A stretch of 64,000 bases of DNA from Gekko japonicus (GCF_001447785.1 NW_015161965.1:626595-690594), one strand, 5' to 3'. Positions 40,001-54,206 are shown, numbered from the stretch's first letter. The notes: generated by a model from the letters alone, not told the origin. Numbers and translations are program-made.

Positions 40001-42349
40001 GGTTGGGGCGGTCCTGGGCCACCAGTTACTGGACGGCTGGGAGGTTCCAGTAGCCTATTATTCTCGCACCTTGTCATCTGCCAAGCATAACTATGCGCAG
40101 ATTGACAAGGAGGCGCTGGCTATTGTGGCGGGGGTGAAAAAAATTCACCATTACTTGTGCGGTCAGTCGTTCACGAGCCTGACGGACCATAAACTGCTCC
40201 TCGCCCTACTGGCCCCCGACCGCCAAACCCCGCAGATGACGTCTTCCCGGGTGCTCTGGTGGTCTGTTTTTTTGGCAGGATACACGTATGTGCTTGTCCA
40301 TCAGCCCGGAAAGGCAATGGGGCATGCTGACACTTTGAGCTGTCTCCCGCTGCCGTCTATGGATCCGAACCCGGCGCCAGCTCATCCGTGCTTATGGAGG
40401 CTCTTCTGATCAACCAGTGCACGTTCGAGAAGTGGCACGCCGCACTGCCAAAGACCCGATCCTTTGCCGCGTCTTGGACTGGGTGAGAAGGGGGTGGCCT
40501 ATGGCCCCGGGGGGGCAGACTTCACTGCGTTTGCATCCCGCAAGGATGAGCTGTCGGCCCACAAAGGCTGCTTGATGTCGGGCGGCAGAGTGGTGATCCC
40601 ATCCCCTTTAAGGGAATGAGTCCTCACGGCGCTCCACGATACGCATCCAGGGGTGGTCTGGATGAAAGCCTTGGCCAGAAGTTACGTCTGGTGGCCAGGG
40701 CTGGATTGGGACATCGAGGACCGGGTAAAGAGATGTCTGCCCTGCCACGAATCCCAGCCCGAGCCTCCCCGGGCTCCTGCTAGAGCCTGGGAGTCCTCAC
40801 ACAAGCCCTGGTCTCGGCTCCACTTGGACTTCGCGGGGCCATTCCAGGATCAAGTATTTTTCATACTCGTGGACACGTACAGCAAATGGTTCGAGGTCAT
40901 TCCGGTACCGTCCACTTCCTCAAGAGCCGCCATCCGGGCCATGTGGCACATCTTCAGTGCCCAGGTTATTCCCAACACCCTGGTCACCGACAACAGCATG
41001 GCCTTCACCTCTAGCGAATTCCAGGACTTCACACGCTATTATGGTATTCGCCACGTCAGATCGGCCCCATTCCACCCAGCAACCAACGGCCAAGCCGAAC
41101 GCATGGTTCGGACGACAAAGGATGCGCTTCACCGCTTGGAGAGTAAGGACTGGGACTACAAGCTGGCAGCCTTCCTCTTCGGCCGGAGAACAATGCCCCA
41201 CACCGCAATGGGGCACAGCCCAGTGGAGCTCCTCTTGGGACGGCGCCTGACAACCTGGTTGGATCGCCTTCATTCCGATCGAGCCCCAGAAGAAGAACCG
41301 GCCATGGAGTCACCCGAGGTGGCCTGAGGGTTTTCCCCCGAGGACCTGGTCTACGCCCAGAACTATGTGCGAGGGCCGCCATGGATCCCAGCCAGAGTGG
41401 TGAGAGTCCAGGTACCCAGATCGTACGAGGTCTCCAGCGAGGACGGACAAATACTACACCGCCACATTGACCAGCTGCGGCGGTGGGTTCTGCCATATGA
41501 GCTGGAGGACCTCGAGGACCCAGACACCCCAGAAGTGGCTGCCCCATCCCCGCTGCCAGACGCCCTGGCCCGGACCGATGAGGCGCCCGGCTTATCTCCC
41601 ATCGATCTTCTTGCTGACAGCCCGGCCGTGCCCCAAGAAGCAGTGCTCCCCCACCCCACGGCAGCCAACACCAACCAGCTCTCAGCCGAGTACAACGGTG
41701 TCACCTTCTGCCCCGGTTCCAGCACCTTGCCGCTCCACAAGACCACGTAAAGCACCCTTTGTGTGGGGGTGTCTTTTGGACCAAGGGGGGAGGGGTGTAA
41801 TGTATCCATCTCCGACCATGCACGCGGCTAGGTCGCCACACGGTCATGCGAAGCGGCTGAGCTTCACTCTCAGGCACAATGGGCCAAGCGGATCCTAGCC
41901 CACACCAATAGGAGGGCTAGGCTCCCGGCCAAGAGCCCATGGAACTCTCGGCCACTATAATGACCAATCACTTGTGTGTGTGTGTGTGTTTTGGGTGTGG
42001 GATTGTTGCGCATATAAACCGGCCTGCAAGCCGGTTCTGGTTGTCTTGTTCCGAATTAATAAAAGTATGAGAGCTGACATCGCTAGTAAGTCTCAGTACT
42101 TTTCAGTAACCCTATGCTTGCAGGTGTTGGATGAGGACTAATAGCACACAGTAGATTTTGGTGGGCTGGATGTATTAGTGTGATTGGTCTGGTCCTAAGG
42201 GGGGGTGTTGTTTGAATTATGTAAGAGAACTGGCGCCATAGGAGTCAGTGCTGACACAGATCATCCACGCTTGAACTTCTTTATCTCTCCATAAGCAAAT
42301 CACTGCCAAGAGAGTGTTGTTGGGAGCAAGTTTCGTTCAACACCTGACA
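37029..42349 (+). mobile_element. Solo LTR (37029-37266 plus 42111-42349) split by a nested Gypsy
   Basis: TGTCA...TGACA ends; TSD gtaag/gtcag. Confidence 0.6.
37267..42105 (+). mobile_element. Near full-length Gypsy (Mag/K02A2.6-like) LTR retrotransposon, decayed
   Basis: LTRs 37267-37574 and 41796-42105; TSD gtaac; tRNA-Ser PBS tggcgacgaggatgggattc; PPT aaggggggagggg; gag with CCHC, PR (MEMNSGS), RT (RICADYK, KLDLAQAYQQ, FLDD), RNase H (LACDAS, EALAI, TDH), IN (HLDF, TDN, SAPFHPATNGQAER); multiple frameshifts. Confidence 0.96.
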
Positions 42350-44438
42350 GTCAGTCATAAAAATGCTTTTTAGAAAATAAAATCCTATTCTTTAGTATTC
42401 TCCAAAATAGTCCCTAGTGGCACTAGTGGCTGCTGCTAAATTTGAATCAGCAACATTTTGCAGTATACTATTTGTCATGAGCTAAACAGGATGGGTGATC
42501 AGGTCACATCTGGTTGACACTTTCAAATACAACAAGTTTGACTGCTGATCCCATTCACTGCAAAATTTACAATATCTCTAGTGTACACCCAAAAAGTCTA
42601 GCCCTAGACTAAACATAAGGCTAACAAAAACTTCTGTCGCTTCCTCCTACAATCATAATGGTTAGAAACTTTAAATTTGCATAGCTTTTAGAAAATACTA
42701 CAGGGTGATATTCTGCCATCACCTCACGGCAGAACTTCCACAGGTGAATGGCTCAATAACTGTTCAGAGTCTGAGCCTATAAGTTTGGTGATTTTTAAAG
42801 CATACTGGGCTATTCAGAAGATCAGGGATGAATTTGAGGGAAAATGCCACCTTATGGTGGGAATAAGATCCACTAGATCAATCCACTGTTAACTTCTGAG
42901 AGTAAAATCAGGCTTAATGCAAACCAGAGGGCATCAGCAGCATTCTTTAAGAGTGTTCTGTCATTGATAAATACCTGACTCAAGGGGCATGCTTTCTAGG
43001 CTAGAAGGAATAGCTAAGCAGACCTGAACCCTCCAGCACCTCTCCTTGATTAGAAATTAGCCCCACCTTCACATATACTATTAAGTTCCTTAATGATTCC
43101 AAAATCACAAGATTCATGGTAACTGGTAACCTGCTTCAGTCCAGTTTGTAAAGCTAATTAAAATCTCTGACAATTAATACAAGATACATTTTGCCAGCTG
43201 GATCAGGACTTTAAATGACTTTGGGATTCTCACTGCATCAGGAAAGTTGCTGTTTCTGCAGTGGCTCTAAAAGCTAGTTTGTCCTTGCTGATTTAAATTT
43301 CATGGAAACCAAAAGAACCCCCCCCCCCCCAATTCCCATCCCTTCCCCATTCCAGGGGAAAATGCAAAATAAAATTTAAGCCAAAAATGCAGTAGCCTCT
43401 CAGTCATATAATGACGGTAAAACAATCTGCTGAAAGATGAAGCACCAAGAGCAAGGGAAGTTGCAGAAAACTGAGGAAGCAAAATAACTAAGGGTCAAAG
43501 TGCTTGGCTCCCTGGGAAGGTCACAGTCCCCAAGACAATGATTCTGTAATTGGAGATTTAGGAGGGTAGGAGATTTCCAGCCAATGTGAATTTACTAGCT
43601 TCTAACACAGACCTCCTTGTCCTTAACAGCTGTAAAAATAGCACAAAATTGGCCTTCCTGAGAAATACAAAGCAGATCCCCCCCAAGGATGGAATAAGTA
43701 ATGGGGAGACACAAAATGAGTCTCAGGGAAGTAGCCCAGTTTGAGGCCGTGGGACTAAATAAGTGGCTTCGAATGTGATGATATAAATTGCAATTCAGCC
43801 GCACACATTGACAAAGACAGACTCTGAAGGCACAGCAAGCCACAAACTGCAAAAGAAGGGAAGGTCTTAGTTTTCTTTCAATGGCAGTAGTTCTTTTTTG
43901 GAATTCTTTTTAAAGCACATTTTGCTGATTCTGTGTGGGAAATTATAAACCACAAAGAAAACAGAGAAGGGAAAACTGGATATATCTTCATAGCTCTTAC
44001 CTAAGAGATTGAACACAGAGATATGTACCATGCAGCAGCAGTCATGTTCAACCCATGTTGACTGCACAGCTGTTCCATCTGAATGGTTGAGATAATGGCC
44101 AAACTCACATGAACTATACAATGCAATCAGCATGGCTGGTTTCTAAGTTCTGGCCAATTGGCTAGTCAAGGGTTACCCAAACATTTCACAGAATCACAGA
44201 AGAACCAAAGTAAGTTTGATACTGATGCTGGTCAGAAGAACAAGTTAATGGTTAATCTGAGACAATGGCTTGGATCCTGTGCAGTGTCTGTGCTCTTTGG
44301 TTAAATCTCCCACTCCAAAATCACCTTCCATTTGAAGCCTTTGGCACAAACATTTTAGTTCTCTTTTGGGGTTTTCTACACGTGGGTATTTGCTCCAGTT
44401 TGGCTTGTGAACAACAGTCTTTCCCCCTTCCCTTATAT

Positions 44439-44757
44439 CAGTGGTGGCGAACCTATGGCACGAGTGCCAGAGGTGGCACTCAGAGCCCTCTCTGTGGGCA
44501 CGCGTGCCATCACCCCAGCCAGACCCAAACCATCATTAAAGTGTGGAATTCTCTGCCAAATAATTTTAAGTAAATGAAAGCATTTGGGATTGCTTTCCTT
44601 ACTTTGTTTGGATCATCTTAAGTTAATGTATGAGTTGTTTTTTCTAAAGTAAAACTTCAGTATTCAGGTTAAATTGCCGTGTTGGCACTTTGCAATAAAT
44701 AAGTGGGTTTTGGGTCACAGTTTGGGCACTCGGTCTCTAAAAGGTTCGCCACCACTG
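44439..44757. mobile_element. hAT-type MITE
   Basis: Perfect TIR cagtggtggcgaacct / aggttcgccaccactg; 8-bp TSD ccttatat. Confidence 0.9.
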
Positions 44758-45312
44758 CCTTATATGCAATACTGTTGGTCAGTCATTCCTGGTTTTTCTT
44801 TGAGTTTTCCCTGTGAGAAGTTAAAATGGTGTGGGAACAAACCCTGCGGTGCTACAAGCCAGCTCTGCTAGGGACACTTAGCTCAGATGTAGCCAGTGGC
44901 GACAATGATAAACATCAGCTCACCCACTGCCTCCCCACAGGCAGCAGTGAAGGAGGAGGCAAACTGGTCAAATGATGCCAATCGGGTCCAAATAGGGTTG
45001 CCAGGAAGTGCCTGGCAACTGGTGGGAGGGTTGGGGGAGGCACAGCATCATGAAAGTTTTAAGTAGTCTCATGTACTTCACAGAAGTTCTTAACCAGAAG
45101 TGATGAAGGGTAGCCCTAGGAATCACTGGAACCATTATGACTTTCTGGCCATTCCTAGATCTACCCTGGAAGTGACATGGGATAGGTCTAGGAATCACTG
45201 GAAAGTCTTTGGTAAAACCATACAGTTTCAAGTGATCCTTAGTGAAAAGTACTCGGTTTGATACATCACGACTCGGACCACGACATAAGAAACACGCGTT
45301 TACTCAGTACTC

Positions 45313-45805
45313 AGGGGTGACATGATCGAGGTTTATAAGATTATGCATGGGAAAGAACAGGTAAAGAAAGAGGTACTTTTCTCCCTTTCTCACAATACAA
45401 GAACTCGTGGGCACTCCATGAAACTGCAGAGCGTTCGGGTTAGAACGGATAAAAGGAAGTACTTCTTCACCCAAAGAGGGATTAACACATGGAATTCACT
45501 GCCACAGGAAGTGGTGGGGGCTACAAGCATGGACGGCTTCAAAAGGGAATTAGATAAGCATATGGAGCAGAGGTCCATCAGTGGCTATTAGCCACAAGGT
45601 ATAGCTAGGGGCTCTGGGGCAAGTGATGCTCTGTCTTCTTGGTGCTTGGGGGGGGGGTCAACAGTGGGAGGGCTTTTAATGTCCTGGCCCCACTGGTGGA
45701 CCTCCTGATGGCACTGTTATTTCTGGCCACTGTGTGACACAGAGTGTTGGACTGGATGGGCCTTTGGCCTGATCCAACATTGGCGTCTCTTATGTTCTTA
45801 TGTTC
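45313..45805 (+). mobile_element. CR1 3' fragment, nearly identical to ~33280-33770
   Basis: ORF 45322-45591 is almost identical to the C-terminus of ORF 32912-33559; ttcttatg tail. Confidence 0.93.
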
Positions 45806-46337
45806 TACTTTCACACTTAGAACAACAACAAACAGCCAAGTGGCCAACTATATACATTTCCAAGGGAACACCACTAGATTCCATTGGGGGGTTTGAATCT
45901 CCCGCCAAGGTTTCTATTGGTTCCCCTAGCGGACCTTAGGAGCCTAGTTCCTATTGTTCTTTTGGGAGTCAAGCTCAGCTCGCGTGGCTACTGCCTGATG
46001 GCGGTTCCAGGACACAACACTTAGAGCTACTCTTTGTCACTTCCAGTAAGAACTTTTAATAAGTATATGAGGCTACATTTTTACAGAATTTTTCAATGGG
46101 ACCTGAGGATATGGGATTTCCTGCCCCCACTGGGGCCTAGGCCGCCCTAAATCCAAGCTGAAAAGCTTTGCAGAGCTGGCAGAACTACTAGGGCTTGACT
46201 CTGCCTGGCCACCAGTGGCACCCCCAGGACAGCAGAATTTCCCCTGCAAGGTCAACAGCCAGTCCTCCCCCAGGTTCAGAGTTGATTCCACCATGGCGAT
46301 ACCTGGCCCGAAGGATCTCCAGCTGTCCTCGACCAGA

Positions 46338-46625
46338 CCCAGTTTGGTGTAGTGGTTAAGTGCGCGGACTCTAATCTGGGAGAACCGGGTTTGATTCCCC
46401 ACTTCTCCACTTGCACCTGGCTGGATGACCTTGGGCAAGCCATAGTTCTGATAAGAGCTGTTCTTGAAAAAAGAGCAGTTTCTGTCGGAGCTCGCTCAGC
46501 CCCACCTACCTCACAGGGTGTCTGTTGTGGGGAGGGGAAGGGAATGGAGTTTGTAAGCCACTCTGAGACACCTTTGGGTAGTGAAGGGTGGGGCATAAAT
46601 CCAATCTCTTCTCTCTCTTCTTCTC
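46338..46625 (+). mobile_element. tRNA-derived SINE inserted in an L2 3' end (L2 continues to ~46980)
   Basis: A box tggtgtagtgg and B box ggtttgattcc; simple-repeat tail; L2-type (aaata)n end at ~46965-46980. Confidence 0.7.
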
Positions 46626-47032
46626 TTTTTTGGCCCTGGTGCTGGCCCGGTGGAACTCTCTACCTAATGACATCCGTGCTTGTGGAACCCAATGCAGTTC
46701 CACAGGGCCTGTAAGACAGAGTGTTCCGCCAGGCCTATGGCTGAGGACAGCAACGGCTGATATCAAGCCTGGCTTTCTCTATCCTTTACCTCTCTGCCTC
46801 TCCAAGGGGTAGGATACAAACATTTTAATGCCATCTGGAACAGTTTGATTGTTGTTGTTTTACATTTTAACCTGTTTTTGTATGACTGTATTTAGTGGAA
46901 TGGTATTTTGTATTTATTGAATGTTGTGAACTGCCCTGAGCCCTATTTGGGGGAGGGCGGTCTAGAAATAAAATAAAATAGATGCATGGGGGAGATCCTT
47001 CCTGAGGCCTCAGTGAGGTCTCATGGGGCTCT

Positions 47033-47433
47033 NNNNNNNNNNNNNNNNNNNNNNNNNNNNNNNNNNNNNNNNNNNNNNNNNNNNNNNNNNNNNNNNNNNN
47101 NNNNNNNNNNNNNNNNNNNNNNNNNNNNNNNNNNNNNNNNNNNNNNNNNNNNNNNNNNNNNNNNNNNNNNNNNNNNNNNNNNNNNNNNNNNNNNNNNNNN
47201 NNNNNNNNNNNNNNNNNNNNNNNNNNNNNNNNNNNNNNNNNNNNNNNNNNNNNNNNNNNNNNNNNNNNNNNNNNNNNNNNNNNNNNNNNNNNNNNNNNNN
47301 NNNNNNNNNNNNNNNNNNNNNNNNNNNNNNNNNNNNNNNNNNNNNNNNNNNNNNNNNNNNNNNNNNNNNNNNNNNNNNNNNNNNNNNNNNNNNNNNNNNN
47401 NNNNNNNNNNNNNNNNNNNNNNNNNNNNNNNNN
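47033..47433. other. Assembly gap (N run), followed by the 3' end of a Sauria SINE
   Basis: Run of N; 47434-47510 matches the Sauria SINE 3' end. Confidence 0.98.
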
Positions 47434-48074
47434 GGAGATGAGCACCGCAACCCTAGAGTCGGATTCGACTGGCTTTCGAGCAAGGGAACCTTTACCTTCA
47501 CCTTTACTCCCAGATCCTACTCCAACAGTTTTAACCACTACACTTTGCTGGTTCTGATTATTGCATTGTTTCCTCCTTCAGGAAGATGAGCATGTATGCA
47601 TGCACATGTGGGGCGGTGAACTTAGAGCTAGTCTTGAGCCTACGTGGTTGGAACTGGGATGAATGCACATTGTTTCCCTGCCTATCCCTGCCTTCACTTC
47701 CCACCTTTTGTTGCCTGCCTTATGTCAAAATTTTAAGCATCATCTCCTCCATGTAAAAATCTGTTGTCTTCTATTCTGTTCATATACAGCTGCCTTCTAT
47801 TATATCAGACCCACGGTCTATCAAAGTCAGTCTTGCCTAATCTGACTGGCAGTGTCTTTCCAGTGTCACAGGCAGAGGTCTTCTGCATCATCTGCTACCT
47901 GATCCTTTTCACTGGAGATTGAACAGAGATCTTCTGCATGCAAAGAGATACTCTAGCATGAAGCCACAGCCCTTCCTTAGCTGTAAAGCAAGCAAGATAA
48001 CATCAAAAATGCTGGAACAATGAAAAACCAGAACATGGATAACAATGCTGGCCTAACTTACAGGCAGAAGGAAC

Positions 48075-48468
48075 CAGGGCTCTTTTGGGGCAGGAACCCA
48101 CAGGAACAGAGTTCCGGCTGGCTCCCGAGTTGGCCACGCCCAGCAGGAGCTCATTAGCATAACAGGCCACACCCAACAGCAGAAACTCATTAGGATTGGC
48201 TACATTAGGGGTGTGTGGCCTAACATGCAAAGGAGTTCCTGCTACAAAAAAAGCCCTGGGTTTTGACAACAAACAAGGTAAACAGAATAAGAAGGGAAAG
48301 GTGAGTGTGGCTGGATGACCACACTTCTGGTAACATGGCGGTGTGGCGTAATGTGCTAATGAGCGGTGCTGTCAGGGTGTGGCCTAATATGCTAATGAGT
48401 TTTGCTGTTGGGTGTGGCCTATTATGCTAATGAGTTCCTGCTGGGCTTTTTCTACAAAAAGAGCCCTG
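48075..48468 (+). mobile_element. Composite hAT MITE, copy 1
   Basis: cagggctcttt / aaagagccctg TIRs; 8-bp TSD gaaggaac; extra internal TIR at ~48247-48258. Confidence 0.85.
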
Positions 48469-50689
48469 GAAGGAACCAATGACTTTTTCAGTTGGCACGG
48501 TAGCATTTGCAGTGATTCTGGGGGCCCAGGCAAAAGTCAAGAATGCCCCACTCCCACCTTTATTCCCACTCAGCCCTATTTTATACTCCTGCCAGTGCTG
48601 CAGCTTCACTGAAGAAGGTAGGGTTGGAGTGGTGGTGGTAAACTTTCATGTAATTTCTTCTCTGCTTTTTTTCCCTGCCTCACTTGGATAATTTCGTTTC
48701 ATTGCTTCTGATGAAATGGCCAAGGTAGGCTGTAACACAGTGTTAGCAAGACTAATGATGTGTGCCCATTATTTTTTAACAAAAAAAGTATGACTGATGA
48801 CTAGCACTAGCTAGATCGATAATGTATGGGCATCATTTTTAAAAAAAAACACTACCATGAGCATGAGTGAAATGGAGGTAGACATCTGGAAATTGTTGGA
48901 TTTTTTTTTTTTACTGTCAAATTGAAAAAGATGAAAACTATCAGATTTTTCATACTGTGTTCTGGGTGATGTAATTGATGGATTGTTCAGTAAGTCAAAC
49001 AGCATATCACTCTCCTCAGCTATTGCTCCCCCCCCCCCACACACAGCAGGCAGCATGCAGCCCTGGACAATTGCCCAGGCTGTCCCATAGGCATGGCCAA
49101 CCCCTCCTGAGTATTTTTAGATCCCTCTCTGACCCATTTTAGGACTTGTAAAGTATTCATCAAACAAACAAGGGATGAGAAACATCAGCTACACCCTTGT
49201 GGATAATTGCTTTCATGGGAGTGAATGGACACCACTTTCAGGCCAAGTGGAAACCTAGGACCATTTATTGAGAAATTAAGAGATATCACATGGCTTAAGT
49301 TCCTGAATTCATGCATTCTTTTAGGAGAGAAAATATACAGCCACAGCTCCACACACACACCCAAACCCAACACAACCAGTTTAGTACAGCAAAGCTCTGA
49401 AAATATCACAGAACGTTTGCTTCTGGTTATGGCTTTCCTAGTTGTGGCAATGGAGCTTTTTTCAAGGCAAAGGGACACTCAGAGACAGTTTGCCATTGCC
49501 TGCCTTTGTGTCGCAGCCCTGTTATTCCTAGGTGATCCCCCATCCAAATACTAGGGCTCAACCTTGCTTGGGTTCTGAGATCTGATGAGATCAGACTAGC
49601 CTGGGTAATCCAGGTCAGAACAGCAATGCCATATCCAGTGGAAAAATACCACTTTTCCCAGGGACATTTCCCACATTTGTGCCTGCACCCAAAGCCTGTC
49701 TCAAGAACATGCCATGGAAAATGGCTAAGACAATTACATCACTGCCAACAGCTCCTGTTTTCTCCTTTTGCTGCTCAGGGATTACTAACAAGAAAGCAGT
49801 AACTGGAACCCCTTTTCAATAGTCAGACACATGTGACCAGGAAAAAGAGATCCCAATCCAGATCAAGGCAGCCCAAAACCCAATTCAGGCTGATTATCCA
49901 CATTCCATCCTGCCTGCAGAAAACCTGATGCATCTGGAAGCAGGAAGTAAACTTGGGTGAGCTTCCTGGATTGTTTTCTCCACCCCCAGTGAGAGGTGAC
50001 TGGGACAAGAACATCTGTATAATTGCACATCTGTCCAATTTATGTATAAAGCTCTGTGTCAGACTCCTGAGCAAGTTGCTCTCAACCACACTGTTTTTGG
50101 CCATGAAAGGATTTACTGAGATATCAACAAGTTCCAGGTCTTAACAGTACTTGCGTCAAATCTAAAGCTTTTGGCAGGTACATGCAAAGATATAGGTAGT
50201 TCAAATGATATAGGTAAAAGATATAGGTAATTCAAACTCCTACGACCCACTCCTACGTCACATTCATGCTGCCTAACTCGAGCATCTCTACCCCCCTTTC
50301 ACATGGGAAATATATGATCCCATTATCTACTGAGCAAGCTGGCACCAGAAGATTCAAGGACATTCCTCTGCAAACCAGAGAAAGGCTTCTTCAGAAGAGT
50401 TACACGCTTCTATGATAGTGCGGCCACATACTCCACACTCACACACCCCACCTAAGGAATTCCCCTCCCCCAGCATCTATGGCAAACGAAGCAAGGTTTG
50501 ACATTCTGAGGGCAAAGGGGTGTGTTTAATTATAACTGAAAAGGTCATATAGGTGCAGGGAACTGAAGTCCCCTCCCTGAGACCCCTGCAGTTTTTTGCT
50601 CCTGGCACATTTTGCCCAATGCATTTCCAGCACCAGAAATGGACAGAAGAGAAAAAATGCTGGGGCAACAGACTAAAACAAGCAGAGGA

Positions 50690-51095
50690 ATGGCAGTGGT
50701 AGAGCACCTGTTTTGCATGCAGGAGGTCCTAGGTTCAATCCCAGGCATCTCCACATAAAAAAGGATGAGGTAGTAGATGATGTGAAATATCTTGACCTGA
50801 GACCCTGGAAAGGTGTCATCAGTCAGAGTTGACAAGATGGATCAGTGGTCTGACTTGGTATGAGGCAATTTCATGTGTTCCAATGGATGGACTGTAGCCT
50901 GTGGTAGAGCAAGTGCTTTGCATGGAAAAGTTCCCAGGTTCAGTCCCCAGCATCTCCAGTTTAAAACAGGAACAGGTAGAAAGTGATGTGAAAGATGTCC
51001 ACCTGAGATCCTTGGAGGGCTGCTGCCAGTCAGAGCAGACGACTACCCTGGTAGACCAAATCGTCTGATTCAGCAGAAATCAACTTTATGTTTTT
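50690..51095 (+). mobile_element. Two tandem tRNA-derived SINEs
   Basis: gtggtagagca..ttgcatg..ggttcaatccc..gcatctcc heads at ~50695 and ~50900, each followed by a shared body. Confidence 0.7.
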
Positions 51096-54000
51096 AGTGC
51101 CCCTCATCCACTGGCACCTTTGATGTTAAGGTAAGTCCCCCCTTCCAGTGTTCCATCTAAACTGTGCACATGGGTGGCTGCTCATTAACACAGGAAGCCC
51201 CCCTCAGCAGTAATATGGAGCCGTGCAGGATCTTGCACTGAACATTGCCCATTTTAAGATTACAGCAGTTATATTCTGCTCAGGGTGTAAACTGCTCCAC
51301 TCAGCGGGGGGGGGGGGGGGGGAAAAATCAGAGGGAGCACTGCGCCCTTTCATATGTAAATGAGGGAAAGATGATCAAATAGGAACAGCTGTTCCATCAC
51401 GTCTAATTTGGCTGCTGGTAAAGAGGAGAATCTGCAAAACTTAAAACTGGTATGTTCTTGGCACTCATTGGCCCAGAATGATCTTCTCTCCTCTCCTACT
51501 TTATCTCTGTTCCATCCAGCGTCATTTGTTGTAGGATGGCCTTGCTCAGATTTTATCCAGTTGTTTCTCTCCTCCACTGACTCTAAACCATGGAGAAGCT
51601 CAAGACATTTTGTAGCCCCTGAAAGACAACTCCTAAGAAAGAGTGAGATTCTTATTTGGGAGGTGCAATCCCATGCTGAGTTACACCAGTCTAAATCCAT
51701 TGATATCAGTGAGCTTAGACTGGGATACCAATGCACACTGTTATACGGTCAGTTGAAAGAAAGGTTAAAACACATGTGCACATATTTGGTTGCTCACTGA
51801 GTATATAGACAGTTTTTTTCTTGGTGATAAAGGCGATTTTTGTGCATGCTTGGTAAGCGAGAAAAGCAGAGGGGAATCTGTCTGATGTTTAGTTCTCCCA
51901 TCTCTTTGAAAATCTTTCCCTCTGCTGGGATACCCCAGCATTCCTTTAACTCACCTGTCTGTCCAAAATGCCTCTTTCTCCGAGCCCAAGGCTGCTGTCC
52001 ACTTTCCCTTCCAAGACTCCTGCATGCAGCCTGAATACTCTGTCTTCTGCCAAGCTGTGACGTACACACCCACTTGCCTATTCCCTCTAAACATCAACAA
52101 TCTCCGTCCCAAGACAAAGTGGTCAATTTATTACATTAAAGGGGCGCGGTTCTGTGTGTGCAAGTGTGGCAATAACCACACCAGCTTTAGCATTGCCTTA
52201 TAAACTTTGTGGCAGATAAATGATGTCTCATCTAACTATGGAAGAAAGTCTCCCAATGTTACACAGAACCTATGGCATCTGAATGCAAAAGGAGAATCAC
52301 CACTGGGAATCTCATGAATGGGATCGCCACCCTCTAGATACACAGGTTTTTTTCTACTTCTATAAAACATGTGAATTATATGGCTGGGTCTCAATATTAG
52401 AGAGGGTGGTGTGAATGCTGCAATTCTATGGAAGTGCAGAAAAGCTGCAGAACGTGTTACAGTAGTTGAAGAATTCAGCCTTCAGCTTTCATGTTTTTTT
52501 AAAAAACAAGGGAACAAGTTTCTACCCCTTATTGCTGCATTGCTATGCTTGAATGTGTGTATTGGGCAATACTTGTTGATCTCTCAGAATCTGGTAGTGT
52601 TGTGGTAAGAGTCTGTAGATTCATAAGATACTCTTAAGAACATACACAATCCTGCTGTACTTTCCTGCAATATGGTACCTATGCTTGGTTGCCTTTGGGC
52701 CAGGGTACAGGCCAGGGAACAAGTATCCTGGAATCTGCTTTCCATTCTAGGGCTCAGCCTTGGATCCATGTGAAGTTTGAAAAAGTGTCTCTAAGAATGT
52801 GCACAAATTTCCTTTCCCTGCTGAGTACTCATCTCCAGCCCTATATCTTGCAGCACTGCCCTACATTTATAATTAATGCCATTTCTGTATTTATTTTATT
52901 TTTATACACTACCATTCTCCCCCCTACCTTTCTCCCCAATGGGAAGTCAAAATGGCTTTCACTGTTCTCCTCTCATCCACTTAATCCTAGTGAGGTGGAT
53001 TAGGCTGAGAGTGTGTGACTGGCCCAAGGTCACCCAGCAAACTTCCACAGCAAGTGGGCATTCGAACCTGGGAGAGAGTGAGAGAGAGAGAATAAGGGCA
53101 ACAATGTGGAGGCAGCTGACACCAAAGCAACTTTTTAATCTGCACATCCAGGGCCTTTCTGCATTCTCATGTTCCTCACTTGCATGTTCCTATTGCTTGG
53201 GGGGAGGGGGGAGGTCTGCTTTGCATGTTTTGTTCCCTCCTATTGTTTTGATTTGATATTACATTGCTTTATGTCAGACATAAAAACCTGCAGTTTAAAT
53301 CTGTAGGAAGAGATACCAGCCATACAGTGATGTAATATCGAAATGACCACTAGGCGGAGCAAAACGCATGTGGAACAGACCCCTGAAGCAACAGGAACAC
53401 ACAAGCCAGAAAATGAGAATGTAGAAAAGCCTCAAATCAGATCTCCAATGGACAACCAGAAGCCTTGCTGGGCAGCAGCCCCCATTGGCCCCACCCAGGA
53501 AAGGTCCTGGCAGGCACTCTGGCACCCATGGGCCCCAAGTCGGGGGAACTCCACTACACATCGTCATTTTCTTCTGTTCCTCCAGAACTGGGCTGGAGCT
53601 GGAAGAGGGTTTTAGCATCTCTGATGTTAAACACTTCCATTCAACTATCACCCAAAGATTTTGAAAATACTGGAAAAACCTTTTAAAATAATTTATTTTA
53701 GCTCGTTGTTTAACAATTTCAACTGAATTGTGATAGGGCTTTTGATAAATGCTTTTAAAATATGTTATGTATATGACTCTCCACACTCACCACATGGGAG
53801 AGATGAGAAATTCAGATGTAACTTCAATATCTCTGTTAATAATAAAATATTTTTTGGGAGACTGAAGCAAGCCCTAAAGTGACAGGTCAGCAAAGACAGG
53901 GCCTGATTAGAACCCCATTGACTCCTGATATTTAATCTGCACACATGCTTTCATCTGAACAGACACATACCCTTGTTTTCCATTCAGATGTACAGAGATA

Positions 54001-54206
54001 CTCTGAATAGTGTTCGTGGCTCAACATCTTCCCATGCTAACAGAGCCATGAATGCACAATTGGTTTGTTATGTGCCATTACTATCTTAACAAAGTGTGCT
54101 ATTTAGTGAAGCCTGACAGGGTCCTTTGGTTTTCAGAGAGCCCCATTAAGGTCAAGTTATTTCGGGATTGAGCAGACAGTGCCAGTGGGTTGAATTCTGT
54201 GTGCGC

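Noticed and set aside
46867-47589. Long ORFs spanning 47033-47433
   Set aside because: Artefacts of the N gap.
48130-48445. CRISPR-like array of ~30 bp repeats
   Set aside because: Eukaryotic context; the repeats are degenerate subterminal units of a hAT MITE, with no unique spacers or cas genes.
50690-50960. tRNA-Ala-like genes
   Set aside because: These are degenerate tRNA heads attached to SINE bodies, with no intact cloverleaf.
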